Shown piece after piece: positions 59,427-64,000 of a stretch of DNA of 64,000 nucleotides (positions are counted from its first letter, which is position 1; each line of letters begins with the position of its first letter). The notes beneath the pieces are model-generated. The model ran no database searches. It worked only from the letters and a program-made list of their open reading frames with translations, and had not been told where the DNA came from. Made by a program: the position numbers and the translations under genes. The stretch lies in NCBI GenBank assembly GCA_024704765.1, contig JAKMXF010000255.1:496001-560000 (forward strand), given 5' to 3'. Source of the DNA: Oopsacas minuta (lineage: Eukaryota; Animalia; Porifera).

Positions 59427-59600
59427 TGTCCTGTAGGTAGTTGATTACGATAGCTAAAACTTTTACCTCTCCTTGATATATATTGTGTCGTCATCTGCAT
59501 AGCTAGTAAGAGCGTTGTATTTGAGGGTAACTTCTTCAATGTTGATACAGGAGAGTATGGTCGCATGGGTTGGATTGGGAAATATCTACCCACCCCCCAT
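59427..59600 (-). pseudogene. Probable LINE reverse transcriptase remnant, interrupted by the hAT element
   Basis: Minus frame ...KYNALTSYADDDTIYIK (YADD). Beyond the hAT insertion, near 57440-57480, GVILSCSLFW resembles the downstream RT motif GVIL...L.W. Highly degraded. Confidence 0.35.
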
Positions 59601-61175
59601 CAAGTTAATGCAAAATCAGTAGGTCGACAGCAATAGGTCATCGGGGGTACTTAGGTCACTCGAGTAGCCTTCTTGGCTTTGCGAACAATGCGAAACTTAT
59701 AGAGAATCAACACATACTTTTGAGTAGCAATACATTGAACCGAGTGGGTCAACCTTAGTAATATCGAATATATTACATCCCCATGGGTAATGGGCTTAAT
59801 CCAACCGCCCAATTTATTTCTTAGTGATCGTGGATGCAAAAGAATTTTCGGGAAAATATATATTGGCACTCACCTTTTCATTGAGTCAGCATCATTTCAC
59901 TAAATACTGGATACGTCACTGGAACAGACTAGTAGTGCTATTCGGGGTCTGTTTGCTTAATTATATGTCGGAACCTAATTCCTAGACAGGTTTTGAATTA
60001 TACCCCTGATATTTGAAATATAATTAATTATTCCATGGATGTTTGTATATGTCTAAAAACCTCAGAAATGGATTGTACGTAACCTTATTACTCATGGCAA
60101 GATGCTGTAACCGTCTCTAATTTATCTTACTTCAGAGCGTGATTGATAATTATTCGCGAAAATAGTTCAATATTTCACTGAGAAAATGCTCCAAACGACA
60201 AATTATATAATATATACCAATTACTCGTTTACAAGAAAATTGAGCTTTTATGCTGGAATATGCAGAATAATATGATCCAAGAATTCAATACACGAACACT
60301 TGAAACTGGATTTTTGTGACCATTCCTTTCAGATAAGAATAGTTTGAATGTACGTATAGTTAGTAGAGACTAAAAACCACTCCAACCGAGTATATTGAGT
60401 CAAGGGCACATGGTATCCAAACTGCATTTGTCTGGAGCCTACAGAGATGCCAACTCACGGGTTATCCGTGGGTCTCAAGGATTTTCGTTGCTAAGCCTCT
60501 AACAGTCTAACTGTAATAGTTCACGGTTTTGTGGCTGATTTATTGGCAGTATATTTTGATGCAGAGAATTCAAATCTTACGGGTTGGTGAGACTCTAGGT
60601 CAGGTGGCATGTATGAAACTATCCCCAAACGCAATTTGAAGACGAATTCCATCAGGAGTACTAGACTAGCCTCAATAGAAGAATATTTGGACAATCAAAT
60701 GCCAATACTGAAATATTAGGGAAATATATTTAATCGTAGCTATGATTTAGTTAACTGAATTGTAAACTATTAAGTTAATATTGGTAGGCAGAAAAGCAAC
60801 AAAGCAAATCAATCTGATTTTTGATATTCTAGTTTTTCCTATGAGCTGGTGTGCATTAAACTATACCACTCAGTCATAAAGCGTTTGTTTAATTTAGATA
60901 CATATAGGGGCGATTATTCGAGAGGGCATGAATTTGAGAAGTATTCGAAGTAATACGGCTGATGGCTTCGAGGTATTGTACGGCATAAATGAATAAATAA
61001 GAGACAATAAATATAATATATATAAAGTGATAAAGTAGGTTGCAAAACTAAAACAATAAACAATAAATAGTTAAGCTAAGAGGTAAGGGAGACCTATAAG
61101 TAAACATAGAATTATCGAGATGCCTATAACTAAACCTAGAATTATCGAAATCGAAATATGGTGTTTAGTTTTGCA

Positions 61176-63746
61176 TCAAGGACAAAAGCTTTCCTCTACA
61201 ATCCAAGGAAGATTGTACTCATTCAACAAATCAGTGGACATAGTCTTTTGATCATCATCCAGAGGACAAACAACTATACTCACCATATCTGAGAAATCGA
61301 CTGCATCAAGAGTTCCCAAACGGTTGTAATTGACTTCAAGCAGTAGTTTGTTGGGATCTGTTAGAGATTGACACATCATTGCACCCAAACCTATATCGTT
61401 ATCCAGCTTAAATGCTGCGCTAGCAATAAGATTTTCTGATATATCTCCTGAAGAATGATCATTTAAAGCAGTGGTACCAAGGTAATTTGCATTTAGGTTG
61501 GAAAGGTCCTGACACCAACCATCACAATACATCAAGTTTCCGAGAACCTTTTGTCCCAGATATGTTGCATAACCTTCAGAGAATGCGAAATTTGGAGTGA
61601 TAGGAGAACCATCATGTGGTCCACCCCCTGTTATTACTGCTCCTGTACGGGCGTTAATCAGATGTCCGAATTCATGCAATAACACAGAGTCATCGAATTC
61701 GTCTGGGTCGGTGACATGACCGCCTATGGATATCACTCCTCCACCGAAGTATGACACGGGATAATTGGTACCTTTTGCATACTTTCCATTTTCCCAGTCT
61801 GCCTTACGTGGATAATCTGTAACCTCTCCACCATACGAGAGGTAGATAGGAAGCATACGAGTTAAGGTAACCATGATATGGAAAGCTCCAGAACTATCAG
61901 CTGTAGTAATAGTAACATCTCTGTTTGCAGTATCTTCCGCACTTGGAATTATTCCTGCTGTAACACGATACACGTGTATATTTACATCTGAATGATCTGT
62001 CACTTCTATCATATTATTTGAGGATAGGAATTCTACATAGACTGTAGAGTCTACATCTTGAGGTTGATATGAAAGAGAGTATACACCTCTTCGTGAATCA
62101 GATACATCACGCTCTACCTGAGATGTTCCATATACATTTCCTGCATCATCTACAACTCTGACTATACTACCTAATGGATTGAACCTTGACATGGTGGTCA
62201 TGTAGCTCACTGTACCCTTAGCTAAGAATTCATGGCAGTTGACATTTACGACTAATACCTCTCTTCCTGCTCCTGCACCTCCTCCATCTGCTTCATTTGG
62301 CAAGAAAGATCCTTCTACCATTTCTTTTACGTCACAACCTTCTACCAAAATATCAAAATTTATTGTTTCATTGATGGAACACGCTGACCACAAATCCACA
62401 CGTATTGTGTACTGTCCTGAGATTGCTAATTCGTAGTATACATTTTCTGTCTTGATACGATCAATGTTACAACCTGCATTAGAATCAAGATCTAGAAACC
62501 CTTCTTGTGCGGATGAGATTCTGCTAGCATAATATATTTCTTCATTATTCGGATCAACAACATGAAGATCCATATCTACTTCTTTATCCCAAGTTAATCT
62601 CACGTGTAAAGTCCCAGTTTGTGAAGTAGATGTAATAATTGGAATCATTATTACTTCTCCTAATTCTCCTACTATATCCCTAAGGCGAATTAGCATGTCA
62701 GTAACATCTCCAGATTCTATGGAACCACTTGGAAGAGTGACCATGAAATTAAGTTGTATTGTCCCATTGTTTGCTTGACGAACTGATCTTCGTGAGGTAG
62801 AGGATTGAAGAGATGATATAGGAATAATGAAATGCTGACCAAAACCCTCAAATCCCACTAGAATTTCAATTGCTGTAGAATCTTCACTAATTTCAAGAGG
62901 AACTTCTACACTTTGACCTGTAGTTATGGAAACCTCAAAGCTAGGAGGAAGGGTCACATTCAGTGTACCGTTTGTCGTATTGCTAGCTTCAGTTAATGGA
63001 AAGCTTTTCATATCAATAATGCCCTCAGCTATTGTGAATGGATTAGTTACTCCCAACTGGAAGAATATTTCAATCCCAGGAACCATTAGAGTGCGCTGAT
63101 CAATGCTATATATTACTAATGGAATTGTATGGAACCTTTCTATTGCAACTATATTTGAAGGAATGGTTATCGTCCCTATCAGAATACTTCCGTTCTGTAT
63201 TATTGTGGAATTCATTATTGTAGGTTGTCCGAATATAGAAGTATAGTTCGCTACAAAATGAGACGGATCTCCTGAAACCTCAGCTGTAATGGTTATTTGC
63301 ATACCAGGATAGATTTGCAAGGGATAATCAATGGAAATTAGCATCAAACTAGGATCTTGAACAAGGATGATAATTTCACCTACACCATTACTGTTGGTGG
63401 TTGATTGAGCTTCAACAGTTACAATATGGGTTCCGTCCTCTAAGCCTTGTGTTGGTATTTGTAGGTTAGTGGGAAAGAACTTATATGAGTACCTCTGTAC
63501 TCCATTCAAATACACGAGTACATTTCCCCGTGTGAATATGCCAGTTGGTAAGGATAGTTCTAGTTCAATATAACCGTTGGAGAATGCTTGGTCTGGAGGT
63601 AGAGGGCTATTGATATTGATAGCAAAAGTGCTAGCAGGTCTGAAGATAAACCACGCACCAACTGCGATAGCTACTCCTACAAGCAGTCCAATTACTATTA
63701 TAGCGAAACACAGGAACAAAATGAGAATCTTCGTTTTTGTTTCCAT
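61176..63746 (-). CDS. Type II membrane protein with Ig-like repeats, YfaP/DUF2135-like domain and C-terminal HExxH zinc metalloprotease; 856 aa, intronless
   Basis: N-terminal signal anchor; Big-like INSPLP...VYLNG...GLEDGTHIVTVEA; LHVRLTWDKEVDMDLHVVDP...GFLDLDSNAGC...ENVYY...GQYTIRVD; DPDEFDDSVLLHEFGH...GGPHDG...FAFSEGYATY. Confidence 0.85.
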   Translation of the reverse strand: METKTKILILFLCFAIIVIGLLVGVAIAVGAWFIFRPASTFAININSPLPPDQAFSNGYIELELSLPTGIFTRGNVLVYLNGVQRYSYKFFPTNLQIPTQGLEDGTHIVTVEAQSTTNSNGVGEIIILVQDPSLMLISIDYPLQIYPGMQITITAEVSGDPSHFVANYTSIFGQPTIMNSTIIQNGSILIGTITIPSNIVAIERFHTIPLVIYSIDQRTLMVPGIEIFFQLGVTNPFTIAEGIIDMKSFPLTEASNTTNGTLNVTLPPSFEVSITTGQSVEVPLEISEDSTAIEILVGFEGFGQHFIIPISSLQSSTSRRSVRQANNGTIQLNFMVTLPSGSIESGDVTDMLIRLRDIVGELGEVIMIPIITSTSQTGTLHVRLTWDKEVDMDLHVVDPNNEEIYYASRISSAQEGFLDLDSNAGCNIDRIKTENVYYELAISGQYTIRVDLWSACSINETINFDILVEGCDVKEMVEGSFLPNEADGGGAGAGREVLVVNVNCHEFLAKGTVSYMTTMSRFNPLGSIVRVVDDAGNVYGTSQVERDVSDSRRGVYSLSYQPQDVDSTVYVEFLSSNNMIEVTDHSDVNIHVYRVTAGIIPSAEDTANRDVTITTADSSGAFHIMVTLTRMLPIYLSYGGEVTDYPRKADWENGKYAKGTNYPVSYFGGGVISIGGHVTDPDEFDDSVLLHEFGHLINARTGAVITGGGPHDGSPITPNFAFSEGYATYLGQKVLGNLMYCDGWCQDLSNLNANYLGTTALNDHSSGDISENLIASAAFKLDNDIGLGAMMCQSLTDPNKLLLEVNYNRLGTLDAVDFSDMVSIVVCPLDDDQKTMSTDLLNEYNLPWIVEESFCP

Positions 63747-64000
63747 AATATGAGATCTCTGATCTGTACAATCGTAAGATTACTATAACTAATAAACAAA
63801 GGACATGTCTAATTCCCAGGACGTGACAAAACATCATGCGACTATCCGGAAAATTCTGACACCTCGACTACGAGATGAACTCGTAAATATATGTGGGTAG
63901 GTAATTTCTTGGACAAGAACTTTCCGGGACGGTTATGTCAATTCTCGGGAAATAGACTACATGTGTCATAAAAGGATACTCGTAAATCGAATCAAGATTT

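Noticed and set aside
63801-63966. Imperfect inverted repeat suggesting a Mutator-like MITE
   Set aside because: TIR match is poor and no TSD could be confirmed.
1-64000. tRNA, rRNA, snRNA genes
   Set aside because: No recognisable cloverleaf, rRNA or snRNA signatures by eye; tRNAscan-SE or Infernal would be needed to exclude them.

Overview
AT-rich eukaryotic (animal) genomic DNA with short GT-AG introns and several intronless genes. The gene content (RNF213-like, SRCR receptor tyrosine kinases, compact housekeeping genes) suggests an early-branching metazoan, most plausibly a sponge; this is inference only. Housekeeping genes: MRE11, PI4KB, an ATG8/GABARAPL2-type gene, cytoplasmic dynein light intermediate chain (DLIC, 18992-39771) and eIF2-beta. 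Between them sit many signalling or defence-like genes. (1) The 3' half of an RNF213-like gene with no recognisable RING or RZ finger. (2) A ubiquitin-like-GG fusion gene nested antisense in an intron of an orphan gene. (3) Three intronless SRCR receptor tyrosine kinases nested in one 14.3-kb DLIC intron, with divergent ectodomains but near-identical, mosaic kinase sequences. (4) A discoidin-domain-receptor-like gene without a kinase. (5) A head-to-head pair of ankyrin / ADP-ribosyltransferase / Cys-rich proteins, one with an intact R-S-ExE triad and one with a degenerate triad. (6) A membrane-anchored, bacterial-looking YfaP/DUF2135 plus HExxH metalloprotease. Mobile DNA includes a complete-ended but defective Chapaev3-type transposon, a Transib/RAG1-like fragment, hAT and pogo-like MITEs, Helentron-like elements and a probable LINE remnant. 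No rRNA, tRNA or CRISPR array was seen. The best candidates for an undescribed system are the ANK-ART-Cys pair and the constant-kinase / variable-ectodomain RTK cluster. All family assignments come from motif recognition by eye; no database searches were run.
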